NCBI RefSeq assembly: GCF_902713615.1
Contig: NC_052164.1
Span: forward strand, 40,225,091 to 40,289,090
DNA: 64,000 bases
Source of the DNA: Scyliorhinus canicula
Taxonomy: Eukaryota
Reading direction: 5' to 3'
The notes under the pieces were generated by a model that had not been told where the DNA came from, made no database searches, and saw nothing but the letters and a program-made list of their open reading frames with translations. Within the stretch, counting starts at the first letter, position 1. Every line of letters starts with the position of its first letter. This document shows positions 1-11,449 of this stretch, one piece after another. The translations under genes were made by a program, and so were the position numbers.

Positions 1-59
1 CTATTCCCTTATAACCCAATAATATTTATAGGAATTGGCTGCATAATGGTGATGCCACA

Positions 60-405
60 TGACTAATAATCCCGACGCTGAGTGTAATGGTGTGGGAACA
101 TGTCTTCAAATCCCACCATGGCAGCTGGTACCATTCATGCTCAGTTCATCAATCTGGAATGGGCAACTAGTCCCAGTGATGGGACTATCATTGATTGTTT
201 TAAAGATACATCTGATTCATTAACGTCCTTTTAGGAATGTAAACCTGCTGCCCTTAAGCAGTCTGGCCTACAGCTAACCCCTGATCCACAGCCATGTGGT
301 TGTCTCTTCAACCTCCTCTGAAATATTCACTTTAAAGGCAATTAAGGATGAGCAACACATTTAGATTGGCCAGTGATGCCCACATCCTATGAAAGAAGAA
401 AAAAT
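60..405 (+). mobile_element. Old DeuSINE-like element in A1 intron 2
   Basis: Tail GGCAATTAAGGATGAGCAAC...GGCCAGTGATGCCCACATCCTATGAA; related tails at about 3835, 4937, 19262 and 20588. Family name from memory. Confidence 0.45.
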
Positions 406-568
406 AATATTAAATTCAACACACATGATCCAGATCCCCTTTAAAGTCACTAAATTAAGCATCTCCCAAATTAACATTTTTGGTTTGATTTATTTTTGTT
501 CTTTGGCAGAATTGATTCTAATGCTAAAGGTAACACGTCTCCCTAATGTCATTTTGTATTTTATTCAG

Positions 569-1015
569 ACACAGGATCGGATCCAGATTCTCCACCAGAC
601 CCTGCGTCACATCAGCAAGATCTACAGCATGAACCTGGGCTCTGTCACCTGGGCCCAGGACACAGTGGAAAACCTCCGCCTTCTCCTGGACCGACAGCTC
701 AGTGAGATGGAAGAATGTGTCAGGAATCAGGGATCAGAGCACAAGATGAGGAGAAACTCCACCATTCATAATTACTTTCGGAAACTGGAGAAGTTTCTCA
801 ATCAGGAGGTGGGACAATTGACAATTGACTGTGTGATTACTGGCTGGTCGATCATTTCACCCGATCAACATTAATTTATTTTCTAATACACTTTCCTGAA
901 TAATTTTCTTTTTCAGAAATTCAGTGACTGTGCCTGGGAAATAATCCGCACTGAGACCAGGGCCCGATTACAACAGATGCTTTTCATAATGCTACAAATC
1001 AGCAGAAGAAACTGA
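569..1015 (+). CDS. Type I interferon A1, partial: exons 3-4 only (5' exons lie upstream of the window)
   Basis: Exon 3 569-808 (AG|ACA...GAG|GT, 240 nt, TQDRIQILHQTLRHISKIYSMN...LEKFLNQE). Exon 4 917-1015 (KFSDCAWEIIRTETRARLQQMLFIMLQISRRN*). CAWE motif, phase-0 intron, ATTTA-rich 3' UTR. Confidence 0.9.
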
Positions 1016-1510
1016 TAAATACATTGGTCCAGAATGGGAACAAAGAATGTTTATTTTGAAGACTTTTCATGTGCAGCTATATTTTTATATGGATATTTGA
1101 AATTCATTTTATACTTTATTGTAATGATGAGAGAATAATGAGTGACTTGATGAAATTGTTCACTGTCTTTATTTATTTTAATTTATTGATACCTACAGCC
1201 GCGTTATTGTGGGTGGTGAGTCTGGTTTGAGAATTGTATGTCAGGCTTTCAGGATATGGGTTTCCAGACCTTTCCTAAATGGACAACATTTCAAACTATA
1301 TCAGGCTCTTTAATTGATTGATATTTATTTTCATGATGTTTTTGTAGAATGAAATGTTAGAATTTTATTTAATGTGTAAAATGAGTTAAAAATGTTAATT
1401 TATTGATATTTATTAAGAATTGGGTTGTATAAAATGTTTATCTAAACTGGAAAATTTTATACTGAATGAGAGCATGTATTTATATATTTAATATTTATAA
1501 TAAATCGTTT
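1016..1510 (+). promoter_or_regulatory. A-type 3' UTR with AU-rich elements and poly(A) signal (copies after 24330 and 47793)
   Basis: Overlapping ATTTA pentamers (about 1170-1187, 1366, 1398-1412, 1477-1498) and AATAAA at 1499-1504. Confidence 0.7.
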
Positions 1511-1749
1511 TTAATATTACACATTTCTAAAGTTATGTTCATTTTTGATTTCTGTCGGTTTGATTTCCACATTACAAATGGTCTGAATTCTCCTATCTGC
1601 TGCCTGTTGCTGTTGCTCATTCTCTGCTCCATTTTCCATTCTCTCCATCCTCTGATTTTCCCTCACCTGGCGGAATTGTAAATTCATTTTGAACTCAACT
1701 TACCCAGGTTCTCATATTTTCTAAACTTCTGCACCTCAACAATATAGTA

Positions 1750-2085
1750 TCATGGAATCCCTACAGTGCAGGAGGAGGCCATTCAACCTATCGGGTCTGT
1801 CCCGAACCTCTGAAAGAGCATCTTAACGAGGTTCACTGCCCTCACCTATCCCTGTATCCCCGTAACCCTACTTAACCTGCACATCTTTGGACATTAAGGG
1901 AAAATTTTAACAGAGCCAATCTACCTAACCTGCATGTTTTTGGACTGTGGGAGGAAACCAGAGGAAACCGAGGCAGACACGGAGAGAACATGCAAACTCC
2001 ACACAGACGGTCACCCAAGGCTGAAATTGAAGCAGTGTCATGTGTGCCGCGATACAGTAACATTAACCACTGTGCCACCATGCCA
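1750..2085 (-). mobile_element. tRNA-derived HE1-like SINE (copies about 25063-25398 and 48527-48862)
   Basis: Minus strand begins GGCATGGTGGCACAGTGGTTAATG (A box), has the TGTGTGGAGTTTGCATGTTCTCTCC core and a CTCCTGCACTGTAGGGATTCCATG tail. Confidence 0.8.
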
Positions 2086-2152
2086 TCCTTTGATGATATT
2101 CTGGCACTGAGGCTGAGAGGACTTGGTATAACATCCAGAATAAGAAAGTGAA

Positions 2153-3480
2153 CTGGGCGGCTAACATAGCCATGATAAGGAAGTGGATGGTGGGTACGGG
2201 GTCTATCTGGGAGTGGGTGGAGGCAGCTTTGTGCAGGGGCACCAGTTTGGCAGTCCTGGTCATGGCTCCACCAGCACGGTAGTGGGGGCGGCCCTGCGGA
2301 TATGGGGCCAGTGGAGGAGGCATGTAGGGGAGGTAGGTGTGTCGGTCTGGGCTCCTATATGTGATATTGATTTGCCCCGGGAACATGGATGGAGGTTTTC
2401 GAACATGGGGTTGGGCGGGTGGAGGAGTGTGGGCGATATGTTCCTGGAGGGGAGCTTTGCGAGTTTGAGGGGCTTGGAAGAGAAATTTGAGCTGGCAAGG
2501 GTAAATGACTTTAGGTACTTACAGATGCAGGACTTTGTCCGCAGACAGGTCCCATCCTTCCCACGCCTCCCGCCAACGGGGATTCAGGACAGAATAGTCT
2601 TTGGGGGAGAAGGAGGAGATGGTAGAGTCTCGGATATTTACACAGTGCTCATGAAGGGGGAAGAGTCCCAGACGGAGGAACTGAAACTCAAATGGGAGGC
2701 GGAGCTGGGTGGGGAGATGGAGGACAGGCTGTGGGCTGAAGCACTGAGTAGGGTAAACTCAACCGCAACATGTGCCAGGCTCGGCCTGATTCAATTTAAG
2801 GTCGCTCACCGTCCCACATGATGATATCTCGGATGAGCAAATTATTTCAGGTAGAGGACAAGTGCGCTAGATGCGCGGGAGGACCAGCGAACCATGTTCA
2901 CATGTTTTGGGCATGTCCTAAGCTTAGGGGGTACTGGGAGGAGTTTGCGGGGATCATGTCCCGGGTGCTTAAAACAAGGGTGGTGATGAGTCCAGTGGTG
3001 GCAATGTTTGGGGTTTCGGAAGACCTGGGAGTGCAGGGGAGGAAGGAAGCTGATGTTTTGGCCTTTGCTTCCCTCGTACCCCGGCGGCACATATTGCTGG
3101 CATGGAGGGACTCAAAACCCCCGAAGACCGAACTATGGCTTTCAGACATGGCTAGTTTTCTGGGTTTGTAAAAAATTAAGTTTGCCTTGAGGGTATCTGT
3201 ACTGGGGTCTGCCCGAAGGTGGCAACCATTCATCGACTTCTTGACGGGAGAGTGAACGTCAGCAGGGGGGTGGGGGGGGGGGGTGGATTAGAGTAGAGTA
3301 GGGGGGATAAATAGGCAGGCACTGTCTATGGGAGAGGAGCGGGCCTGTGCAGTATGGGTCGATTGAGGCGTTGATTTTACGTTGGTTTTTGCATATTTTT
3401 GTCTTTTTTTTACTGTTTGATATCTGTAACTTTTTACAATGCCGAAAAATACCTCAATAAAATTGTTTGTTTAAAAAAAA
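2153..3480 (+). mobile_element. 5'-truncated L1/Tx1-clade LINE (ORF2 C-terminus, 3' UTR, poly-A)
   Basis: Zinc-knuckle-like CARCAGGPANHVHMFWACP, G-rich 3' UTR, AATAAA plus A tail. 16-bp TSD AGAATAAGAAAGTGAA at 2137-2152 and 3481-3496. Confidence 0.88.
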
Positions 3481-4979
3481 AGAATAAGAAAGTGAAAGAT
3501 GAAGGCATTAATTCAGAAGGGACAGAGAGAAATGGGATTGAGTTTGGAGATGTTGCAGTGTTGAGGTGACAATTTTGCGATCTAATGATGCAGAAGTTCA
3601 GGCTTATGCTCAGAGGATGTTGGTGAAAATTACACAATTTGATGGGATTTGAATTTAGTTAATCAATCGCAGTAATAGTAAGCACGATATTGTACGAAAC
3701 ACTTTCCTGATGCACTCATGTCTGTTCGGGAAGGAAATTGATGCCCCATCCCCGCTCTGGCCTACATGTGGCTACAACAATGTGATTGCCTCTTCACAGC
3801 CCTCTGATGTGACCTAGGAGCCATGAACCTCAAGGGCAATTAGGCATGGGCAACAAATGCTGGCCTGACTAGTGATATGGAATTGATACGATAGAATTTT
3901 GAATACTGACTGTATGACATCAGAACACAAGGAGGAGCAGACCAATTCTGTTCCACCATTCAATTTTGTCTTAAGTGATCTGATTGTGGCCTTATCCCAT
4001 TTCCTACTTACCCCCATCACTTTACTCATTTGTTGACCAGACAACTGTCCAAATCGGGCTTGGATGTATTCAATGATCCTGCCTCTGTGCAGGTTGCAGA
4101 ATTTGAAAGATTAATGGCACTTGGAGCAATCAGAGTTTACAATCAGATCGGAGAGGATGTTATCGAATGGTGGGATAGGATGGTGAGGGCGAGTGGCCTA
4201 TGATGCTTCTAATTTATATGTTGGGGTGTTTTTCTGTTCATGATCACAACACTGGTTGTTGATAAGTGAAGCACAAATTGGCTAATGTGTTTCCTATATT
4301 ACGACAGTCACAATGCCTCAAATGTACTACATCAGCTGTTGAGTACTTTGTGATGTTCTGTTGTCAGGAAGGGCGCTACATAAATGTAATTCTGTTTTCA
4401 AATCAAACTCATATTGAAAACTGTCCCCACACAAAAAACCCACCTCAGCTCAGGATCAATGGATCATCGCTGAAATTGTTTACAGGCCTTCGATAGGCTC
4501 CAAAAACTAGTTTTGACAATTTGGGTCTGAGGACAGTTTTAGTTTCTGAAATTAACTTTTGAATTTGAAAACAGAAAGACAATTACACCCCAGTGTCACC
4601 AGACATTGAGCCTGTATTATTTTCAGTAATGTTGAATCAGGTTTCCAACAGAGGTGAAATCGATACTGGCATTAAAATGCTTCTGCGTTTAAATAAAATT
4701 GCACGTGGCAACAATCTTAAATATATGCATCAATATTCTCAGATATTTTCAAAAATTCAATGTTAATGTGCAGTCTGATTTTGCTGGTTCATGGCAGATG
4801 TGACGTTTGGTGATTGGCAATGAATTGGAGTGGAAAATCTTTCAGAGGGTCGGTGCAGATTGGATGGGCTGAATGGCTGCCTTCTGCACTGTAGGGATTG
4901 TATGATTTTATGAATTAGAGATGAGAAACACACAGTGGCCTTGCCAGCGAACCTCACATCCCATCAATGAGTAAAATAA

Positions 4980-6603
4980 GTCAAATTTGGCACAGATTTC
5001 AGTGAGTGGACCTGAGATTTTTATTTGGTGACGGTGGACATGCTGATTTCTATCCGAGTTCCAGCTGTGAGGGATTGGATGACATTCCCTGTGGAAGCTG
5101 GGATATCCCGAATATCCGGAACCCTTTCCCATTTCCCCCTCAGGCCTTTCAGTGACGAGCCGCTCGCTTCACAAACTCTCCTCCCTCTCGGAAATGACAA
5201 AACGCCCTCACTTTCCCTGAGGCACTTTCGCTTTTGGAACAAACTGACAACAAGGTTCATTTCCAGAGAGAAACTGAGGCGGCCGCTTTCCCGGGAGAGA
5301 GAGAGAGAGAGAGAAGAAAGAAACGGGGTGAAAGGAGAGGGAGCGGAATCACTTTCACCCTCGGAATCGGAGCAGATGAAATATACTTTCAGTCAAACTC
5401 TTGAAAACGGCTCCAGAAAAGATGCGGGAAATGAGCAAGTTGTGCCAGTGAAAGAGCAGATTGTGGTGCAGCTCAATGGGAACGGAGTCAGTGTCCATGG
5501 AGCGGGGAGCCTGGGCTCTGAGCCGGGCTCTCTGCAATGTTCAAGCTGTGAAGTGTGGAGAGGACAAGCGCGATGTGAACACACCGGGTCCCGGTGCTTT
5601 TCAGAGGCAATGGGGCCCCGGGTCAGCTCGAAAAGCCGCCGCACCGGATTCCCTCTCTCGGTGTCTCTATAATCCGGATGATCAAATCCAGCCCCCAATA
5701 CATGTTCCCCCTGCAACCCCACCCCCCCCCCCAATACTAAGCCTCCCTCTACACCACCTTATTGCCCCCCAATACTGAGCCTCCCTCTACACCAACTTAC
5801 TGCCCCCCAATACTGAGCCTCCCTCTACACCACCTTATTGCGCCCCCCAATACTGAGCCTCCCTCTACACCACCTTACTGCCCCCCAATACTGTGACTCC
5901 CTCTACACCACCTTACTGCCCCCCAATACTGTGCCTCCCTCTACACCACCTTACTGCCCCCCAATACTGAGCCTCCCTCTACACCCCCTTACTGCCCCCC
6001 AATACTGAGCCTCCCTCTACACCACCTTATTGCCCCCCAATACTGAGCTTCCCTCTACACCAACTTAATGCACACCAATACTGAGCCTCCCTCTACACCT
6101 TACTGCCCCCCCCCCCCAATACTGAGCCTCCCTCTACACCACCTTTCTGCCCCCAATACTGAGCCTCCCTCTAATCCACCTTACTGCCCCCGGGTGATGT
6201 GAAGCTTCACAACACTGAGCTGGAAGCCAGCGCTGTTTAGGATTTTCTCGCAGGGATTTCCCTCTCGCTGCTTCCGGAGTCTCCAGCTTTCAGCTTCCTG
6301 ACCTCAAAGAGAAGCCGCACAAACTATTGATCTCCTGCAGCTCGAGCACAAATCCTCCAGCCCATTTTCACTTTTCCAATGTCATGTCCACACATTAAAG
6401 GCGACACCAGTGCCAGCTCCCAGCAGAGTCCACACTCACACTCACTCCATTCGGCAACACAGGCGCTCGCTCCCGGATCACAAGCGGCTCCCATTCGACT
6501 TTCTCACTTTCATTCGCTTCACAAGAACCCTTCTCGCCGCTGAACCACGAAGCCGCCGCTTTCTCATCTTTCACATCGGTGTGTGACTCTGGCTCGGTTG
6601 CTC
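4980..6603 (+). promoter_or_regulatory. A-type promoter paralogue in front of the orphan exon 1 (copies about 28310-29897 and 51775-53363)
   Basis: Collinear with 20640-22195. GGGATATCCC 5100-5109, CACTTTCGCTTTT 5223-5235, GGGATTTCCC 6253-6262, TTTTCACTTTTCC 6365-6377, TTAAA 6395-6399. Confidence 0.7.
5733..6191. repeat. C-rich minisatellite, about 38-bp unit AATACTGAGCCTCCCTCTACACCACCTTACTGCCCCCC, 12 copies
   Basis: Units counted directly. Confidence 0.95.
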
Positions 6604-6735
6604 ATGGCTCTGGCGAGTATTTGGAGGTTTGGGACGGTGTTGCTCCTCTTGTCCGGGACCCTCAGTCTGGGCTGAGTGAGGCTGCAGTTACAGCAAGTTC
6701 TCAACACAGAGACACTCAGCAAACTGAATGAAATG
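6604..6735 (+). pseudogene. Orphan IFN exon 1 (unit 1) with premature stop
   Basis: ATGGCTCTGGCG... 132 nt to ATG|GTGAG. The mature Cys1 codon TGT is TGA (6673-6675). No exon 2 seen before the B1 gene. Confidence 0.85.
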
Positions 6736-7585
6736 GTGAGTTGAACCTACAGACAGAGCCGGATTCGAATCAAACAGCGCCTGTATGTTTTACAAAGTCA
6801 TATCAGGAGAGGAAGATTTACAGAAAGGAGGGATTGTTATCTGGGGGAGGATGTGAAAGAGGATTCAGAAACAAGCCATTAACATCAATAATCTGTGTTT
6901 AATATAACCAAACAATCACAGTGTTATCAGGAACACAGTAAAGTAAATTTGACATCAAGTTACGTAAGAAGGTAAAAGAACAGATGGCTAAAAGCTGGTA
7001 AAAGAGGGAACTTTTCAGGAAGGTCTTACCGTAGGAAGGGGAGGTGGAGAAATGCGGAAGTTTACGGAGGGAATTCCTAATCTTAACGCTGAGATAGCTG
7101 AAGACTGCGCCCCAAAAATGAACATTGGAAACCAGGAGGCCCGATCTGGAGGTGGACAGATATGTCCGAGTGTTTTCGAGGCTGGAGATGATTACAGACA
7201 CAACAGGAGACTTAAAAACAAGTAGGAGAATTTAAAGATGAAGGCATTGCTAAACACGGAGTCAATATAAATCAACAAACTCAGGTACGATGAGAGAACA
7301 AGATTCATGATTTATGCCAAATCCATCTCAGACATAAATTACTTCAGGTTTCGATTGGGGAGAATGTGGAAAGTCGATCAGGCATGTGTAGGAGTGACCA
7401 AACCCGGAGGTACCAAAGCTATGGATGGAAATTTCAGCTTCAGAGTTGCTCAGCCAGAGAGGGGGACAAGTGTGTTTGGGAGAGGGGGGGGGGGGGGGGG
7501 GGGTAGTGGGCAGTCCCACTTGTGGCGTCGATGTGGTCAGAAACTCATTTCAGGTTCAAATATGACACCTGCACATCTTGGACTG

Positions 7586-7733
7586 TGATGTGGAGATGCC
7601 GGCGTTGGACTGGGGTGAGCACAGTAAGAAGTCTTACAACACCAGGTTAAAGTCCAACAGGTTTGTTTCAAACACGAGCTTTCGGAGCGCAGCTCATTCT
7701 TCAGGTGACCTGGTGTTGTAAGACTTCTTACTG
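7586..7733. mobile_element. Short Penelope-like terminal fragment with inverted repeat, nested in a minus-strand SINE (copies about 30938-31083 and 54403-54548)
   Basis: GTAAGAAGTCTTACAACACCAGG ... CCTGGTGTTGTAAGACTTCTTAC inverted pair, flanked by duplicated CATCTT(G)GGACTGTGA. Contains a minus-strand hammerhead core. Confidence 0.72.
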
Positions 7734-7931
7734 TACATCTTGGGACTGTGAGAGGAAACCGGAGCACCGGGATGAAAACCCAAGCAGACACGGGGAGAAC
7801 GTGCAGACTCCGGACAATCACCAGAGGCTGGAATTGAACCTGGGTGTGAGGCAGCAGTGTTAATTACTGTGCCAGGTGCTGCCTCTAAAAACTGCTGGTA
7901 ACTTTAACCTCACTTTTCCTCTCTGTCCAAA

Positions 7932-8148
7932 GTAGCACAGTGGTGCAAAGGTTAGCACTGCTGCCTCAGGGCACCGAGGACTCGGGTTCGATCCCGGCTC
8001 TGGGTCTGTGTGGAGTTTGCACATTCTCCCCGTGTCTGCATGGCTCTCATCTCCACAACCAAAAGATGTGCTGGTTAGTTGGATTGGTCACACTAAATTG
8101 CCCCTTAATTGGAAAAAAGTAATTGGTACTATATAGTTCTAAAAAAAA
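7932..8148 (+). mobile_element. tRNA-derived SINE
   Basis: A-box-like GCACAGTGGTGCAAAGGTTAGC, B box GGTTCGATCCC, A-rich tail. Repeated in units 2 and 3. Confidence 0.75.
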
Positions 8149-8698
8149 CTTTTCCTGTCTGTCCCTCTCCCCCGGGACACACTTGTAGATTCCCCTTGAA
8201 TATCTGCAATGACCGAGGGGATTGCTTTACTGAGGAAGCGAATTCTAAAGACTAATGAGCCACTGAGACAAACAAATTCGTCCTTACTTCCATCATAAAT
8301 GGGAGAGTCTTTATTTTTAAACTGTGCACCTTAGTTCTAGAATCCTCTGGAAGAGGGTGCCCTCCTGTCAGCTTGTATCCAGCCAAACCCCCTCAGATTC
8401 TGAGACGTTTCAATATTCGAATTAGTTTGATCAGCACACTGGGTGTTTTGAGATGATGTCATTGAGAGGTAGCATGCAGCTGAGAAATGGGAGAGGTCAA
8501 GGATTGATTCTTAGGGGACACCAGAGGTAATGCAGCCGTCCTTCAGCAGGAAGAGAAGCCACTGCAGGAAATTCTCTGCCTACGTTGAGATAGATGATAA
8601 AAGCAAACGAGGACAGCCCCCCTTCCAGCCCCATCCACCCAGCCTAAAACTTGACCATTGTGCAGAGGCCTGACCGACCCGTGTCAAGGTGCAGACAT

Positions 8699-8828
8699 GA
8701 TATGGAGATGCTGGCGTTGGACTGGGCTGAGCACAGTGAAAAGTCTCAACTGAGGAAGGAGCAGTGCTCCGAAAGCTAGTGTTTGAAGCAAACATGTTGG
8801 ACTTTATCCTGGTGTTGTAAGACTTCTT
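8699..8828. mobile_element. Short Penelope-like terminal fragment (copies about 32052-32181 and 55517-55647)
   Basis: Same family as 7586-7733. 13-bp direct repeat AAGGTGCAGACAT on both sides. Degenerate + strand hammerhead core. Confidence 0.72.
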
Positions 8829-8850
8829 AAGGTGCAGACATATAGAGAAG

Positions 8851-9027
8851 GGGCTGGTTTAGCTCACAAGGCTAAATCGCTGGCTTATAAAGCAGACCAA
8901 GCAGGCCAGCAGCACGGTTCAATTCCCGTACCAGCCTCCCCGGACAGTCGCCGGAATGTGGCGACTAGGGGCTTTTCACAGTAACTTCATTGAAGCCTAC
9001 TCGTGACAATAAGCGATTTTCATTTCA
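8851..9027 (+). mobile_element. Young tRNA-derived SINE, present only in unit 1
   Basis: GGGCTGGTTTAGCTCAC...GGTTCAATTCCC...TTTTCATTTCA. Empty site AGAGAAGGATCTGAA at about 32197 and 55663. Confidence 0.85.
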
Positions 9028-9174
9028 TCTGAAGGGGAGGTTAACCTTTGTTACAGCCAAACCGTTCTAACCAACTGCCCCTTTATTGTGCCCTTGATGT
9101 GAATCCGTTCAACTTGAAGGAAATCATCTGCTTTTCCAAAATTGATATTAATAATATTGATCCATATTCTTGGA

Positions 9175-9340
9175 GCTTTGAGTTAGAACTGGCCGCTGTT
9201 TGTGTTTTTCTATTTGGGATCTTCCCGGCCCTGGTTGAGGAATTTCCAGCTTTCAGATTCCTTCCCTCACACAGGGAGCAGACTAACTATTCGCCTTCTG
9301 AAGGAAACAGCCGAAAGCAGATTCCACTTTCCCAACGTAA
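9175..9340 (+). promoter_or_regulatory. B-type proximal promoter, a diverged paralogue of the A-type promoter (copies about 32353-32518 and 55819-55984)
   Basis: GGGATCTTCC 9216-9225, GAGGAATTTCCAGCTTTCA 9237-9255 and TTCCACTTTCCC about 9322 occur in the same order as the motifs at 6253-6377. Confidence 0.6.
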
Positions 9341-9448
9341 CACCGCTGATCGCCAGACCCTCCTCTTAACACGGAGAGCATGGCAGAGAGAGATCCTCCC
9401 AACACAGTCCAGATACACACACAGACACACAGAGGGACAGAGACACAC

Positions 9449-9630
9449 NNNNNNNNNNNNNNNNNNNNNNNNNNNNNNNNNNNNNNNNNNNNNNNNNNNN
9501 NNNNNNNNNNNNNNNNNNNNNNNNNNNNNNNNNNNNNNNNNNNNNNNNNNNNNNNNNNNNNNNNNNNNNNNNNNNNNNNNNNNNNNNNNNNNNNNNNNNN
9601 NNNNNNNNNNNNNNNNNNNNNNNNNNNNNN
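9449..9630. other. N run (182 nt) within an AC/AG simple repeat upstream of the B ATG; also 32586-32847 and 56052-56313 (262 nt each)
   Basis: Flanked by ACACACAGAGGGACAGAGACACAC. Equal length in units 2 and 3 suggests masked low-complexity sequence. Confidence 0.7.
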
Positions 9631-11162
9631 AGACGCGCAGGAGAGTTTAGGCGGCTGCTCCTGCTGCAAGAGGTTGCATTTTCACTCCCGGTGATTCTTT
9701 CGGTGAAAATACATTTGTTCGGAGAGGAACCCGGTTACGGTCAGTGTGTGATCCTCAGCTCCGTGCCTCACTCTGGCTCGGTTGCTCATGGCTCTGGCCA
9801 GTATTTGGAGGTTTGGGACGGTGCTGTTCCTCTTGTCCGGTACCCTCCCGGGACCCTCAGTCTGGGCTGTGAGAGGCTGCAGTTACAGCAAGTTCTCAAC
9901 ACAGAGACACTCAGCAAACTGAATGAAATGGTGAGTTGAAGCTGGAGCCAGAAACAATTCCCCATCGCACTGGGTCCATTTGTTTTGAAACAGTCTCTCA
10001 GGAAAATGGTTTTGGGGTTTGCAGCGCTGCACAGTTTATGGTCAGCGAATCTGCAGCATTACTGTTTCTGATCTGGGTTGACACAGTGTTTGTCTTTGCT
10101 CTCAGGGCGGTCGCTTCCCTCGGCAATGTGTCAGGGAGAGGTTTGCGCTGACAACCAAGCCCTTGAATCTGGTGAAACTGTCTGAGGGTTTGCAGGTGAG
10201 TGAACACTGGGGCTTATTATCATTTATTCCATCAGAAATGTGCGAAAAACACGATAAAGATCAACCACCGTAATCCAGGATGGACAGAGCAGGTCGCTCA
10301 TTGAAGTTGTCAGTGGAAATGAGGGAGCTCCTGCTTTGAACTCAAACCCCCGGGTAAAGACTCTCTTCCTCGTTCCCTCAGACTGATGTAGGGAATGGAA
10401 CCTCATTGAGCTGTGATACACCCTGTTCGGGGAGCCTGCCAAGTCTGCAGCACCATTCAAAGGTTACTTGTGCCTGCTAATCATCTCAATTCCTTTCATC
10501 ACCTCACTACCCATTAGCATCTCTGTCTTCTCCCTCTTACTCCCTCACTGTCTATCCACTTCTTACCATCAATCGTCCTATACAGTTCAGGCAGGGCCCT
10601 TTCATCTGTGGATTCCACACAACATACCTGTCCACTCTCCATTGCATTCATTCGATGGTCACTGTGTTGATATTGGTGGGATGGTCTTTGGCTAGTCCAG
10701 GATGCTGCCACCAGCGCTGGTCCAATTCCTGTCTGACTGAGGAGGTGTGAGACCTGCCTCTGCGCCCTTCCCTGAGAGTCGAAGACAATGACAGACTCCC
10801 TCTACAAATAAACAAAAACAAACTGCCTAGAAAGCAACTCAGGGTGAAGCATCAGATGCCACAGCGTCAGAGGCCCAGGGTGACCGTGAGGAGTTTTCAC
10901 GTTCGCTGCGTGTGCGTGGGATTCCTCCGGGTGCTCTGGTTTCCTCTCACAGTCCAAAGATGTGCAGATGAGGTGGATTGGCCATGATAAATTGTCCGTT
11001 AGTGCCCAAAGGTTTGGTGGGGTTATGGGGATGTGGCAGCGGAGTGGAAGGGGAGCTCCATTATTCTAATACTGTCCAGGGTGGCCTCTCAATTTATGTC
11101 CTCTATAAACTGGAACAGAATCCAATAACTACTGTAATATAACATAACTCAATTATCTCTGG

Positions 11163-11385
11163 TGCAGCACGGTGGCACAGTGGTTAGCATTGCCTCAGGG
11201 TGCCGAGGTCCCAGGCTTGACCCCGGCTCTGGGTCATTGTCAGTGTGGAGTTTGCGCATTCTTTCCATGTTTGCGTGGATTTCGCTCCCACAATCCAAAG
11301 ATATGCAGGGTAGGTGATTTGCCGTGCTAAATTGCCACTTAATTCGAAAAAATGAATTGAGTACTCTAAATTTATTTTTTTTAAA
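11163..11385 (+). mobile_element. tRNA-derived SINE in B intron 2
   Basis: GCAGCACGGTGGCACAGTGGTTAGCATTG head and SINE core. A second fragment lies at about 10850-11050. Confidence 0.75.
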
Positions 11386-11449
11386 CTCATCATCTCTAAA
11401 TATTCCAACAACACAAACTCCCAGTCAGCCATCACCTCTGCATTCTCAG

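Noticed and set aside
389-874. 161-aa ORF as an intronless IFN (also 23869-24189 and 47332-47652)
   Set aside because: It is exon 3 with intronic read-through. The CAWE motif lies in a separate exon behind canonical splice sites.
5025-5672. 215-aa ORF recurring in the units
   Set aside because: No ATG start, no recognisable domain, and frameshifted in the A-promoter paralogue. Best explained as GC-rich regulatory DNA copied by recent duplication.
5733-6191. CRISPR-like array
   Set aside because: Head-to-tail repeats with no unique spacers, in vertebrate DNA.
6736-9170. Hidden exons 2-4 for the orphan exon 1
   Set aside because: No FPxxC, HQTL or CAWE-coding segment found by eye; the interval is mostly repeat remnants. 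A tBLASTn with IFN-A/B would settle it.
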